DNA of 64,000 nucleotides from Eubacteriales bacterium (GCA_045543375.1 JAZQMI010000119.1:5236-69235); one strand, 5' to 3'; counted from the first letter of the stretch, positions 9,592 to 20,401 are shown. The notes: generated from the sequence alone by a model not told the origin. Made by a program: numbers and translations.

Positions 9592-10386
9592 ATGACAGTC
9601 AAACAAAACAAGCGTATCTTTTGGTACGTCGCGCTCGGCTTTATTTGCGTGGCAACGGTTGTCCTGTGTCTGACTTCCTGCCGTCTGTACGGCTCTTATT
9701 CCGCAAACGATGCCGAAAAGGATAACAGTACGCCATCCACGCAAGAGGATGCATATGAGGCTAAGATCCTTTACTACGAGGCGCAGCTCCAAAGCCTTTC
9801 TTCCCAACTTAACGACATGGAGCAGCAGATGTATCTGCTGCGCGAGGACTGCCTGAACGGTTTGCGTACGTTGGAACAGCGCATCACGGAAAGCAACGGC
9901 GTAGAAACGGAGCAACTGCCCGAGGAGCCTGCCGGTGACGAGGTGATCGATACGGGCACCGCGCCGGAAACGCCACCCGCGCAGGACGCCACCGCCGATG
10001 AGCAGGGAACGACGGGCGAGGTGCGCGAGTATACTTATGAATTGAAAAACAATTTTGCCATTCTGACCTCATACAAGGGAAGTGCCGACCACGTCGTCGT
10101 CCCCGGCGCAGTAGATGGATACCTTGTTATCGCACTGGCCGACCGTACCTTCGCGGAATCGTCCGTACGCACTGTTCAACTGCCCGAAACGATCGAAAGC
10201 ATCGGCTGGTTCACCTTTTACGGATGCGAAAATCTCGAAAAAGTAACGCTGCCCGCCAAGCTTTCGTCCATCGGCTATGCCTCGTTTGACGGCTGCGCGT
10301 CTACGCTGTGTCTATACGTGCATGAGGGTTCATATGCCGAAAGGTTTGCCAACAGCTTTGGCCTTAACTGTCAGCAAGTGCCTTAA
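9592..10386 (+). CDS. membrane-anchored leucine-rich-repeat (BspA-type) protein
   Basis: Start at ATG 9592 with AAAGGAG upstream. It has an N-terminal TM helix, a coiled segment and an acidic linker. The C-terminus carries BspA-like LRR units (...IGWFTFYGCENLEKVTLP..LSSIGYASFDGC...). Confidence 0.7.
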   Translation: MTVKQNKRIFWYVALGFICVATVVLCLTSCRLYGSYSANDAEKDNSTPSTQEDAYEAKILYYEAQLQSLSSQLNDMEQQMYLLREDCLNGLRTLEQRITESNGVETEQLPEEPAGDEVIDTGTAPETPPAQDATADEQGTTGEVREYTYELKNNFAILTSYKGSADHVVVPGAVDGYLVIALADRTFAESSVRTVQLPETIESIGWFTFYGCENLEKVTLPAKLSSIGYASFDGCASTLCLYVHEGSYAERFANSFGLNCQQVP

Positions 10387-10458
10387 AAGAACAAACAGCC
10401 CCGTATCCAACAAAGGTTGAATGCGGGGCATATTTGTTATTCAAATAATCGTTTCAGA

Positions 10459-13083
10459 TTATTTCTTCAGAGCAGCCTGAGCGGCAGCCAGTCTTGCGAT
10501 CGGCACGCGGAAGGGCGAGCAGGACACGTAGTCCAGACCCAGCGTGTGGCAGAACTCAACGGACGTGGGATCGCCACCGTGCTCACCGCAGATACCGATG
10601 TGCAGCTTGGAGTTGTTAGCGCGGCCATCCTTGCAAGCCATGTTCATCAGCTTGCCAACACCGGTCTGGTCGAGCTTTGCGAAGGGATCGTTCTCGAAGA
10701 TCTTAGCGTCGTAGTAAGCGCCAAGGAACTTGCCTGCGTCATCGCGGGAGAAGCCGTAGGTCATCTGCGTCAGGTCGTTGGTACCGAAGCAGAAGAAGTC
10801 AGCGTTCTGTGCGATCTCGTCAGCGGTCAGGCATGCACGAGGAATCTCGATCATGGTACCAACCTCATACTTCAGATCAACACCGGCAGCGGCGATCTCA
10901 GCGTCAGCGGTTGCAACCACAACGGACTTGACGTACTTCAGCTCCTTCACGTCGCCAACAAGGGGAATCATGATCTCGGGAACCATGTTCCAGTCAGCGT
11001 GAGCCTTCTGAACGTTGATAGCAGCGCGGATGACAGCCTTGGTCTGCATAGCTGCGATCTCGGGGTAGGTGACAGCCAGACGGCAGCCACGGTGACCCAT
11101 CATGGGGTTGAACTCATGCAGAGAAGCGATGATAGCCTTGATGTCCTCAACCGTCTTACCCTGTGCCTTAGCAAGAGCTGCGATGTCCTCCTCAGTGGTA
11201 GGAACGAACTCGTGCAGAGGGGGATCCAGGAAACGGATGCAAACGGGCGTGCCCTCAAGAGCCTCGTACAGCTTCTCGAAGTCACCCTGCTGATAGGGCA
11301 GGATCTTGTCAAGAGCGACCTCGCGCTCCTCGGCAGTGTCAGCGCAGATCATCTCGCGGAATGCAGCGATTCTGTCAGCCTCGAAGAACATGTGCTCGGT
11401 ACGGCACAGACCGATACCCTCAGCGCCCAGCTCGCGAGCCTTCTTAGCGTCGGTAGGCGTATCAGCATTGGTGCGGACCTTCAGCGTGCGGAACTCGACA
11501 GCCCAGCCCATGATGGTGCCGAAGTTGCCCGAGATCTCAGCGTCAACGGTAGGAATGATGCCGTCGTAGATAGCACCGGTAGAACCGTCGATGGAGATGT
11601 AGTCACCCTCAACGAAGGTCTTGCCTGCCAGCGTGAACTTCTTGTTTTCCTCGTCCATGGCGATGTCGCCACAGCCGGAAACGCAGCACTTACCCATACC
11701 GCGGGCAACGACGGCTGCGTGAGAGGTCATACCACCGCGGACGGTCAGGATACCCTGAGCGGCCTTCATACCGGTGATGTCCTCAGGAGAGGTCTCAAGA
11801 CGAACCAGAACGACCTTCTTACCGGCGTTCTTCCAAGCCTCAGCGTCCTCAGCGGAGAAGACGATCTGACCGCAAGCAGCACCGGGGGATGCACCCAGAC
11901 CGCGACCCATGGGCGTAGCAGCCTTCAGAGCCTTAGCGTCGAACTGGGGATGCAGCAGCGTGTCAAGGTTACGAGGATCGATCATAAGAACGGCCTCTTC
12001 CTTGGTCTTGTGGCCCTCGGCAACGAGGTCAACGGCGATCTGCAGAGCTGCGGGAGCGGTTCTCTTACCGTTACGGGTCTGGAGCATATAGAGCTTCTCA
12101 TTCTCGATGGTGAACTCCATATCCTGCATGTCGTGATAGTGGTTCTCAAGGATCTCGCAGACCTTCTGGAACTGCTCGAAGGCAGCGGGGAACTTGTTGG
12201 CCATCTCAGCGATGGGCATAGGCGTACGAACACCTGCAACAACGTCCTCACCCTGAGCGTTGGTCAGGAACTCACCCATGAGCTTCTTCTCACCGGTAGC
12301 GGGGTCACGGGTAAATGCAACGCCGGTACCGCAGTTGTCACCCATGTTACCGAATGCCATTGCCTGTACGTTAACGGCAGTACCCCAAGAGTAGGGAATG
12401 TCGTTGTCTCGGCGATAAACGTTTGCACGAGGGTTGTCCCAAGAACGGAAGACGGCCTTAACGGCACCGATGAGCTGCTCCTTGGGATCGGTGGGGAAGT
12501 CCTGACCGATCTTTGCCTTGTACTCAGCCTTGAACTGGTTAGCCAGCTCCTTGAGATCCTCGGCAGTCAGCTCGACGTCCTGCTTGACGCCCTTTTCTTC
12601 CTTCATCTTGTCGATGAGCTCCTCGAAGTACTTCTTACCGACCTCCATAACGACGTCGGAGTACATCTGGATAAATCTACGGTAGCAGTCGTAAGCCCAA
12701 CGAGCATTGCCGGACTTCTTGGCCATGACCTCAACGACCTCTTCGTTCAGACCGAGGTTGAGGATGGTATCCATCTTACCGGGCATCGAAGCGCGAGCAC
12801 CGGAACGAACGGAATCGAGAAGGGGGTTCTCGAGGTCACCGAACTTTTTGCCGGTAACGCCTTCCATCTTAACGATGTACTCCATGATTTCAGCCATGAT
12901 CTCGTCGTTGATCTGACGGCCGTCCTCATAGTACTGGGTGCAGGCTTCGGTAGAAATCGTGAAGCCCTGGGGAACAGGAAGACCGATGTTGGTCATCTCT
13001 GCAAGGTTGGCTCCCTTACCACCAAGGATCTCACGCATGTTAGCGTTACCCTCGGAGAAGAGATAGCAATACTTTTTTGCCAT
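10459..13083 (-). CDS. ppdK: pyruvate, phosphate dikinase
   Basis: 874 aa with full-length resemblance to PPDK (GGKGANLAEM, the phospho-His loop GGMTSHAAVVARG, and the C-terminal PEP-utilising TIM-barrel motif ...SCSPFRVP.ARLAAAQAA). Confidence 0.97.
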   Translation of the reverse strand: MAKKYCYLFSEGNANMREILGGKGANLAEMTNIGLPVPQGFTISTEACTQYYEDGRQINDEIMAEIMEYIVKMEGVTGKKFGDLENPLLDSVRSGARASMPGKMDTILNLGLNEEVVEVMAKKSGNARWAYDCYRRFIQMYSDVVMEVGKKYFEELIDKMKEEKGVKQDVELTAEDLKELANQFKAEYKAKIGQDFPTDPKEQLIGAVKAVFRSWDNPRANVYRRDNDIPYSWGTAVNVQAMAFGNMGDNCGTGVAFTRDPATGEKKLMGEFLTNAQGEDVVAGVRTPMPIAEMANKFPAAFEQFQKVCEILENHYHDMQDMEFTIENEKLYMLQTRNGKRTAPAALQIAVDLVAEGHKTKEEAVLMIDPRNLDTLLHPQFDAKALKAATPMGRGLGASPGAACGQIVFSAEDAEAWKNAGKKVVLVRLETSPEDITGMKAAQGILTVRGGMTSHAAVVARGMGKCCVSGCGDIAMDEENKKFTLAGKTFVEGDYISIDGSTGAIYDGIIPTVDAEISGNFGTIMGWAVEFRTLKVRTNADTPTDAKKARELGAEGIGLCRTEHMFFEADRIAAFREMICADTAEEREVALDKILPYQQGDFEKLYEALEGTPVCIRFLDPPLHEFVPTTEEDIAALAKAQGKTVEDIKAIIASLHEFNPMMGHRGCRLAVTYPEIAAMQTKAVIRAAINVQKAHADWNMVPEIMIPLVGDVKELKYVKSVVVATADAEIAAAGVDLKYEVGTMIEIPRACLTADEIAQNADFFCFGTNDLTQMTYGFSRDDAGKFLGAYYDAKIFENDPFAKLDQTGVGKLMNMACKDGRANNSKLHIGICGEHGGDPTSVEFCHTLGLDYVSCSPFRVPIARLAAAQAALKK

Positions 13084-13403
13084 TGGGTTTATCCTCCATA
13101 AAAATAAAATTGGAAACTATGCTATTTGCGACTGCTTCAACGCGGAAACACGCCAAAAAAAGCCCGAATGCGGACTTTTTCTCAATCGCACTCGATATTA
13201 TACCACAAAATCCCACTTTTGAAAAGGGAAATGATAACTTTTTGTCATGATAAATTGTAAACTTATTGTGAACAAATGGAAACACTCAGCGAGCGGCGAA
13301 ATAAAATGGATAAGATGTGAAAAAAGCATTTGACAAGACATGCCGTTTCATATATAATATATCTGTTAATCAATTAGCACCGTTGAGTGAGAGAGGAGCC
13401 CGT

Positions 13404-14096
13404 ATGCCCGATTCCGATTGGTTGATCGTTTTAACTGACTATATCGCGCTGGTGTCCACCGCCATTACCGGAACCATCGTCGCCATTGATCGGCGATTGG
13501 ATATGATCGGCGTGTGGTTTTTGGCACTGATCTCATCCTTCGGCGGTGGCGTTTTGCGCGACGTGCTCCTGGGAGAAACGCCCCCTCGCTTTTTTACGCA
13601 TTATCATTGGCTGTTACTTGTGACGGCCGTGTCGCTTGCAATCTTTCTCACCGCGCGCTTCTGGCGCGGCTGGTGGAAGCCAAGCGTCCGAGCGTATACC
13701 GATAAGATCAACAACGTGCTGGACGCCGTGGGTCTTGCTGCTTTTACGATGTCGGGCGTTCAACTGGCGTGTGCAGCAGGACACCAAAGCAATCCGTTTC
13801 TATGCGTTTTCATGGGAACCATCACAGCCATCGGCGGCGGTGTTCTGCGCGACATTTCGGTCATGCAAACGCCCAGCGTGTTGCGCAAAAGAGTTTATGC
13901 CGTTGCATCCATACTGGGCGGCGTTCTGTATTGGGCATTGATGCATGCGGGACTTGCCGACGAGCTGTCGTGGATCGTGTCCATGCTCGTCATCATCGCC
14001 GTGCGCATCTGTGCCACCGTCTTCCGTTGGAATATGCCCAGCGTCCCCATTCCGGAAGAGCAAATCGAACAAGAAAAGGAACCGAGTAAGAAATGA
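13404..14096 (+). CDS. trimeric intracellular cation channel (TRIC/UPF0126) family membrane protein
   Basis: Two internal repeats each carry a glycine-rich G.GGG.LRD motif (SSFGGGVLRDV and TAIGGGVLRDI). Start at ATG 13404 with GAGAGGAG upstream. A TTGACA...TATAAT promoter lies just upstream. Confidence 0.8.
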   Translation: MPDSDWLIVLTDYIALVSTAITGTIVAIDRRLDMIGVWFLALISSFGGGVLRDVLLGETPPRFFTHYHWLLLVTAVSLAIFLTARFWRGWWKPSVRAYTDKINNVLDAVGLAAFTMSGVQLACAAGHQSNPFLCVFMGTITAIGGGVLRDISVMQTPSVLRKRVYAVASILGGVLYWALMHAGLADELSWIVSMLVIIAVRICATVFRWNMPSVPIPEEQIEQEKEPSKK

Positions 14097-14725
14097 CCGA
14101 TATATTTGCATTGTTTAAAAAAATATCGCAGGTGAGCGCCACGCCGCCTGCGCCCATCACACATTTGATCGTAGGGCTTGGCAATCCGGGCGATAAATAT
14201 CATCTGACCCGCCACAACGCCGGCTTTTTGATGATGGATTATTTGGCACAACGGTTGAACGTCAAAATCGACCGTTCCAAGTTCAAGGCGTTGACTGCCG
14301 AGGCAACGGTGGGCGGCAAGCGTGTGCTGCTCATGAAGCCGCAGACCTTTATGAACGCATCGGGCGAGGCCGTGCAGGCCGCCGCTGCGTTCTATAAAAT
14401 ACCGATGGAGCACGTTCTGGTCTTTTCGGACGACATTTCCTTGGACGTCGGACGTATTCGCGTGCGCCGCAAGGGAAGTGACGGCGGTCAACGAGGTCTG
14501 CGCAGTATCATTCGCATCATGAATACAGACGATTTTCCTCGTATTCGCTTTGGCGTGGGAGAAAAGCCGCACCCTGATTACGATCTCGCCGACTGGGTGC
14601 TGTCCGAATTCAGTAAAGCAGAGCAGGAGCAGCTATTTGCCTCGTTTGAGAAGGCGTACGACGGCATGCTGCGCGTGTTGGACGGTGATATCGACGGCGC
14701 AATGCAGCTTTGTAACGGAAAGTGA
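14093..14725 (+). CDS. pth: peptidyl-tRNA hydrolase
   Basis: GLGNPG..Y..TRHN.GF motif present. The start overlaps the upstream stop by 4 nt (ATGA). Confidence 0.93.
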   Translation: MTDIFALFKKISQVSATPPAPITHLIVGLGNPGDKYHLTRHNAGFLMMDYLAQRLNVKIDRSKFKALTAEATVGGKRVLLMKPQTFMNASGEAVQAAAAFYKIPMEHVLVFSDDISLDVGRIRVRRKGSDGGQRGLRSIIRIMNTDDFPRIRFGVGEKPHPDYDLADWVLSEFSKAEQEQLFASFEKAYDGMLRVLDGDIDGAMQLCNGK

Positions 14726-14734
14726 TAGGGTGAT

Positions 14735-17700
14735 ATGAAGCATATATTGACCGATACCATCCGCGCGGACAAGGAATACGGTCAGCTCCTTGAAACGGTC
14801 GGTAAGCAATTCAAGGCCAACAAGCCCTTGCCCGTTCTCGTCAACGGACTTTGCGAGGGCGGCGTGGACGCCTTGCTGGTATCCATGCTGGAGGATCTGC
14901 CGGGCGGCAGCCCCGCCTTGATCGTTTGCGCCGAAGAAAAGGACTGCGTCCGTCTTGCGGATACGCTGTCGCGGTTTGGTAAAAAAAGCGCCTTTTTTAT
15001 CGGGCGTGATTTCACGTTTTATAATATTACTGCCTCCCATGAGTATGAACATGAGAGGCTTAACGTGTTGTTTGGACTGCAAAACCGGGCACTCGACGTT
15101 GTGCTGACCACGCCCGACGCGGCACTTGGCTATACCATCCCGCCCGAGCGGCTCAAAAAGGCGGTGGTCTGCCTTGATTTTGACAGTCGCGTTGATTTGA
15201 AGGAGCTGACGGAAAGTCTTGTGTCCGCCGGCTACGTGCGTACCGATATGGTAGACGGCAAGGGACAATTCGCCGTGCGCGGTGGTATCGTGGATATCTA
15301 CCCGCCCAACGGTCACTATACCGACGAGGACGGCGGTGAGCTCGACGGCTCGATGGCATTGCGTATTGAGCTGTTCGGCGATGAGATCGACCGCATGGGT
15401 TTGTTCGACGTGGATTCCCAGCGCATTCACACCTCGGTCATGTGGGTCGAGCTGCCTCCGGCACGCGAGGTGCTGTTGAATGATGAAGTACGCGGCGCTT
15501 TGAAGAAAGCGCTGTCAGCACAGCTTCGTGCCACGCACGACGAATCGGTCGAGCAAGAGCTCATCAAGGAAGCCGCCAAGGTAGAGGAAAGCAGACAAAC
15601 GGGCGGAGATATTCCGTTCGCGGATAAATATATCTCGCTGATATATCCCGAAAAAAACAGCCTTTTGGATTATTTTCCCGAACGCAGCCCACTGTTTCTG
15701 ATCGGAACTAATAATATTTACGAGCGCATCAAAGCGAGCGAGTGGCACCGCAATCAGACGATCGAGGAGTTGCTCACAGGTGGCACCATTGCACCGAAAT
15801 ACACCGAGTATTCCAAGCCGAATGCAACGTTTGATGCTTTCCTTGAAAAGCAGGTGACGCTGCACGTAGACTCCATGTCGTATGGACTTTCGGGCAAGCG
15901 TCTGGCCGGTATGTTCGGCTTCCGTTCCAAGCACATGATCTCCTACGGTGACAATTTCCCGTTGCTTGAGGAGGACTTGAACAGTTATCTGTCGCGCGGG
16001 TATCGCGTTATTTTGCTTGCGGAAAATGAAATGTCGGCAAGAAATTTGCACGGGCTGCTGCAAGATAAGGGGCTTACCGTCACGCTCTCGGTGAACGGAG
16101 ATGCATCACTCGATGCACTTGCCAAGGGAAGCGCCGTCGTCATGTGGCATCATTACCTGTACGGCTTTGAATTGGTCACACCGCGCATCGCCGTGCTCTC
16201 AACCAACCCCGACACCAGGCGCGGCAGTCTTGCCACGAGCGGTAAGATCAAGAGCAGAAAGAAAAAGGCGAACGCATCACAGGCTATACTGTCGTACGCC
16301 GACCTTGGGATCGGTGATTTTGTCGTTCATGAAAATTACGGTATCGGGCGCTACACGGGCATTGAAACCATGACCGTGGCCGGCGTCACGCGCGATTATA
16401 TTGGCATCCAGTATGCCGGTAGCGATAAGCTGTTTTTGCCGACCGAGCAGCTCGACAAGGTGTCCAAATACATCGGTTCGCACGCCGATGACGGCATGGT
16501 CAAGCTGTCCAAATTCAGCGGTGATAGTTGGAATAAAGCCAAAGCACGCGCGCGCGCCTCGGTTAAGGATATCGCCAAGGACCTGATCAAATTATATGCC
16601 GAACGCGAGCGCCGTCCCGGCTTCGCATTTCCTGCCGATGACGAATTCCAACGCAGCTTCGAGGCGGCATTTGAATATGAGGAAACCGAAGGACAGTTAC
16701 GCGCGGCCGATGACGTCAAGCATGATATGATGTCTTCCGTGCCTATGGACCGCTTGCTTTGCGGTGACGTTGGCTTTGGTAAGACCGAGGTAGCACTTCG
16801 CGCAGCCTACAAGGCTGTGCTTGGCGGTAAGCAGGTCGCAGTTCTCGTTCCTACGACCATTCTCGCACTTCAGCACTATCAGACGTTTACCAGCCGCATG
16901 AGAGCCTTTGGCGTCAACGTGGACATGATCTCGCGTTTCCGCACGGCAAAAGAGCAACAGCTTACGCTGCGCAAGCTGCGCCGCGGCGAAGTAGACGTGC
17001 TGATCGGCACGCACCGTCTGATCGGCAAGGATATCGAGTTCCGTGATCTTGGACTGCTCATCGTCGACGAGGAGCAGCGCTTTGGCGTGGCACAAAAAGA
17101 AAAGCTCAAGCAGTTAGCGGGCAATGTGGACGTGCTGACGCTTTCGGCAACGCCCATCCCGCGAACGTTGAACATGGCCATGGGTGGCCTGCGCGATATC
17201 TCGGTGCTCGACGAAGCGCCTGGCGACCGACTGCCCGTGCAGACCTACGTGCTTGAGGATGATGATCTCATCATTCAGGAGGCCATTCGTCGCGAGCTGC
17301 GCAGAGGCGGTCAGGTGTTTTATCTGCACAACATCGTTGATACCATCGACGATCTTGCCGCCAAGCTTTCGCGCGAGATCCCCGAGGCGCGCATCACGGT
17401 TGCGCACGGCAAAATGGATAAGGACGCGCTTGAGGGCATCTGGGAAAAAATGCTCGGTGGCGAAATTGATATTCTCGTTTGCACGACCATCATTGAAACG
17501 GGTGTTGACGTTGCCAATGCCAACACGCTGATCGTGGATAACGCCCACCGCTTGGGACTGTCGCAGCTTCATCAGCTTCGCGGTCGCGTCGGACGCTCGT
17601 CACGCCGCGCCTATGCATACTTCACCTATCCGAAATTCCGCGCGCTTCCCGAGATCGCACAAAAACGTCTGGAAGCGATCCGCGATTACGCCGAGTTTGG

Positions 17701-18319
17701 CGCAGGCTTCAAAATCGCACTTCGCGATATGGAAATCCGCGGTGCGGGAAATTTGCTCGGTACCGAGCAGCACGGTCACATGGATGCCGTGGGTTACGAT
17801 TTGTTCATCAAGCTGCTCAACGAGGCTGTGCTGACCGAAAAGGGAGAGGCACCCAAGCCGCAAGCTGAATGTACCGTCACACTCGATTTTGACGCCTATA
17901 TTCCGGATTCCTACGTGCGTTATCCGACGCAACGAATGGAAATGTATAAAAAGATTGCCATGATCGAAAACGAGCAAGACCGCGATGATATTCTGGATGA
18001 GATGCTCGACCGCTACGGTGATATTCCGCGCGCGTCTGAAAATCTTTTGAACATTGCGCTCATACGCGCTACCGGTAAGAGATGCGGCATCAAGCAGATC
18101 CGTCAATCGGGTGCCGATATCCAGATATATCCCGAAGCCATTGATTTTGACGTCTGGACGGACGTGTCCGAGGCTGTGCCGGGACGCTTGCGCATGGCAA
18201 TGAGCGGCGAGCCGCATCTGAATTTCAAATGCAAATCGGGCGAGAATGCGCTGACGCTCGTTTATAAAATGTTCGTAGAGTACGAAAAGATCGCCAAGGC
18301 GTATCAAGTGCAAGAGTAA
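14735..18319 (+). CDS. mfd: transcription-repair coupling factor Mfd
   Basis: 1194 aa with a UvrB-homology N-terminus, an RNAP-interacting domain (GDFVVHENYGIGRY), SF2 motifs (GDVGFGKTEVA, DEEQRFG) and a TRG motif. Confidence 0.97.
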   Translation: MKHILTDTIRADKEYGQLLETVGKQFKANKPLPVLVNGLCEGGVDALLVSMLEDLPGGSPALIVCAEEKDCVRLADTLSRFGKKSAFFIGRDFTFYNITASHEYEHERLNVLFGLQNRALDVVLTTPDAALGYTIPPERLKKAVVCLDFDSRVDLKELTESLVSAGYVRTDMVDGKGQFAVRGGIVDIYPPNGHYTDEDGGELDGSMALRIELFGDEIDRMGLFDVDSQRIHTSVMWVELPPAREVLLNDEVRGALKKALSAQLRATHDESVEQELIKEAAKVEESRQTGGDIPFADKYISLIYPEKNSLLDYFPERSPLFLIGTNNIYERIKASEWHRNQTIEELLTGGTIAPKYTEYSKPNATFDAFLEKQVTLHVDSMSYGLSGKRLAGMFGFRSKHMISYGDNFPLLEEDLNSYLSRGYRVILLAENEMSARNLHGLLQDKGLTVTLSVNGDASLDALAKGSAVVMWHHYLYGFELVTPRIAVLSTNPDTRRGSLATSGKIKSRKKKANASQAILSYADLGIGDFVVHENYGIGRYTGIETMTVAGVTRDYIGIQYAGSDKLFLPTEQLDKVSKYIGSHADDGMVKLSKFSGDSWNKAKARARASVKDIAKDLIKLYAERERRPGFAFPADDEFQRSFEAAFEYEETEGQLRAADDVKHDMMSSVPMDRLLCGDVGFGKTEVALRAAYKAVLGGKQVAVLVPTTILALQHYQTFTSRMRAFGVNVDMISRFRTAKEQQLTLRKLRRGEVDVLIGTHRLIGKDIEFRDLGLLIVDEEQRFGVAQKEKLKQLAGNVDVLTLSATPIPRTLNMAMGGLRDISVLDEAPGDRLPVQTYVLEDDDLIIQEAIRRELRRGGQVFYLHNIVDTIDDLAAKLSREIPEARITVAHGKMDKDALEGIWEKMLGGEIDILVCTTIIETGVDVANANTLIVDNAHRLGLSQLHQLRGRVGRSSRRAYAYFTYPKFRALPEIAQKRLEAIRDYAEFGAGFKIALRDMEIRGAGNLLGTEQHGHMDAVGYDLFIKLLNEAVLTEKGEAPKPQAECTVTLDFDAYIPDSYVRYPTQRMEMYKKIAMIENEQDRDDILDEMLDRYGDIPRASENLLNIALIRATGKRCGIKQIRQSGADIQIYPEAIDFDVWTDVSEAVPGRLRMAMSGEPHLNFKCKSGENALTLVYKMFVEYEKIAKAYQVQE

Positions 18320-18339
18320 AGAAAGGAAGAACAAAGGAT

Positions 18340-19623
18340 ATGAAAAAACAAATCACTCGGCTGATGAGCGTTTTGCTCTGCCTTGCTATGCTTATGATGT
18401 GCCTCGCCTCGTGTGCATCATCGCCCAAGGTCGTTATGTCGATCGGAAAGCAAGAGCTGACGCTCAATATGTACGAGCTGTTGCTCTCGCGCATGAAGGG
18501 TACGCTCGAATACAACGGCTATCCGACCGACGAGGATACGTTCTGGCAACAGATCATCAGCACCAAAGGACAGACATACGATGCTTATTTTTGCGAAAGC
18601 GTGCGCGACGAGGCAAAAAAAATGCTCGTACAACTGTACCTGTACGAAGAAGTTTACGGACTGACGCTGCCGCAAAAGCAACTGACTGCCGTTGACGAAT
18701 TTATCAATGACGTACTCACACTCAATTTTGACGGTTCCAAGTCCGATTTCAACGGATATCTTTCGAACTTTGGCGTCAATATGACCATGCTGCGCGAAAA
18801 TTATATCATGGAGGAAAAGATCGACCATTTAGGGACGTACATCTCATCCATTACTTCAGATGCCGCGCGCGAGCAGTACTATACCGAAAATTACGCCTGC
18901 TTCCGTCAGATCCTTCTGCCGTTATATGAATACTGCTATGTGACCGATGACAACGGTGACACCGTTTATTATCGCGAAAACAGCGATAAAATCTATTATG
19001 ACACCACAGCCAACACCCGCACCGATGACGGCGGGAATACGATCAAGGACGAAAACGGTGACGTCGTATATTTCACCGACGACGGCCGCATTGCTTACAA
19101 CACCGAAAAGGGCATCAAACGCGGACTTGACGAGGACAACGACGGATACGTGGATTACAAAGAACTGGATGCCGATATGAAGACCGTGATCACCGATCGT
19201 GCCAATTCCTTGCCGACGCTGATCGAAAGCGGCGATTTTACCACATTTGAGGAATATGGCGAACAATGGTCGTCGGATGACGTGTGGAACACCTACCCCG
19301 ACGGCATATACGTCAATTTGAATAAGGCATATCAGATCAATTACATGGACGATATTCAGACCAAGCTCGCCGACATGAAGGTGGGCGATACGGCGCTTAT
19401 TCGTTCGGAAAATGCTTATCATTTCATTATGAAATATGAGCTTGCTGCGCAAGGATATGCCGACAAGAGCAACGCAGATTGGTTCGATACCTTCGAGGAC
19501 GAGGTGATCGGCAGTATTCTGGACACGATGTGCGAGGAATATCTGGATAAGGTAACGGTAAACGGCGATGCATTGGCACAGGCCAGAGGCATGAAGGAGA
19601 TCGGAGCCAACACGGAGTATTGA
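18340..19623 (+). CDS. lipoprotein, possibly a SurA-N/PrsA-like chaperone without a recognisable PPIase core
   Basis: Signal peptide with lipobox LASC|A. It occupies the position downstream of mfd where Firmicutes often carry prsA-like genes. No FKBP or parvulin motif was seen. Confidence 0.6.
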   Translation: MKKQITRLMSVLLCLAMLMMCLASCASSPKVVMSIGKQELTLNMYELLLSRMKGTLEYNGYPTDEDTFWQQIISTKGQTYDAYFCESVRDEAKKMLVQLYLYEEVYGLTLPQKQLTAVDEFINDVLTLNFDGSKSDFNGYLSNFGVNMTMLRENYIMEEKIDHLGTYISSITSDAAREQYYTENYACFRQILLPLYEYCYVTDDNGDTVYYRENSDKIYYDTTANTRTDDGGNTIKDENGDVVYFTDDGRIAYNTEKGIKRGLDEDNDGYVDYKELDADMKTVITDRANSLPTLIESGDFTTFEEYGEQWSSDDVWNTYPDGIYVNLNKAYQINYMDDIQTKLADMKVGDTALIRSENAYHFIMKYELAAQGYADKSNADWFDTFEDEVIGSILDTMCEEYLDKVTVNGDALAQARGMKEIGANTEY

Positions 19624-19631
19624 TATCGGAT

Positions 19632-20327
19632 ATGAATAAACTCTTCAAACATTCTTTTGCTGACCTCACACACTTTGAACGTTGGCTTTGGCTCGCTTCC
19701 GTCGCCGTCATAACGATCTGCACCCTGCTGTCACCGGACGGGGATATTCTTTCGCTGATCACATCGCTGATCGGTGTGACAGCGCTCATTTTTATTGCCA
19801 AGGGGCATGTGCTCGGGCAAGCGCTGATCGTTGTTTTCGCACTTCTTTACGGCATAATATCATTCAGCTTTCGCTATTACGGCGAGATGATCACCTACGT
19901 TTGCATGAGCGCACCCATGGCAATCGTATCTATGGTCCAGTGGCTGAAAAATCCGTATGGGGAAGGCAAAGAAGTCAAGGTTGCGCGACTGAATGCAAAA
20001 AAACTCACTCTTTTGGTGATCGGCACCGTGGCTGTAACCATCATATTCTACTTTGTGCTGGGAGCTTTGAATACAGCCAATCTTATCGTCAGTACGCTGT
20101 CGGTCACCACAAGCTTTTTTGCCGCCACGCTGACCGCCATGAGGAGCCCGTATTATGCCATTGGATATGCCGTCAACGACGTTGTTCTGATCGCACTTTG
20201 GGTCATGGCATGCTTTTCGGATATTTCGTATCTTGCTATGGTCATTTGCTTTGTGGTCTTTCTCGTCAACGATATTTACGGCTACGTTAGTTGGAGAAGA
20301 ATGGAAAAACGGCAGCAGCATCATTGA
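19632..20327 (+). CDS. pnuC: nicotinamide riboside transporter PnuC family
   Basis: A membrane protein of about 230 aa with PnuC-like helices and a conserved Trp-containing segment (VQWLKNPYG). ATG 19632 is preferred over TTG 19620. Confidence 0.7.
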   Translation: MNKLFKHSFADLTHFERWLWLASVAVITICTLLSPDGDILSLITSLIGVTALIFIAKGHVLGQALIVVFALLYGIISFSFRYYGEMITYVCMSAPMAIVSMVQWLKNPYGEGKEVKVARLNAKKLTLLVIGTVAVTIIFYFVLGALNTANLIVSTLSVTTSFFAATLTAMRSPYYAIGYAVNDVVLIALWVMACFSDISYLAMVICFVVFLVNDIYGYVSWRRMEKRQQHH

Positions 20328-20372
20328 TTGCTTCGCCGTTTTGCAAAAAACGAAAAAAATCGGGCATACTAC

Positions 20373-20401
20373 TTGACAAAACCAATAAAACCAGATATAA
20401 T
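20373..20401 (+). promoter_or_regulatory. sigma-A type promoter (TTGACA-17-TATAAT) for the lysine riboswitch and dapA operon
   Basis: TTGACA at 20373-20378 and TATAAT at 20396-20401 with a 17-nt spacer. Confidence 0.75.

Noticed and set aside
10417-13101. 894-aa plus-strand ORF covering the whole ppdK locus. Similar long antisense ORFs occur at 190-873, 4624-5889, 13895-14572, 29692-30567, 35513-36010, 40693-41694, 43694-44608, 45064-46629 and 56647-57420.
   Set aside because: Each is the mirror frame of a well-supported gene on the other strand. They have low-complexity, Leu/Val/Gly/Asp- or Arg-rich translations and no ribosome-binding site or recognisable motifs. They look like open antisense frames arising from high GC3 codon bias.
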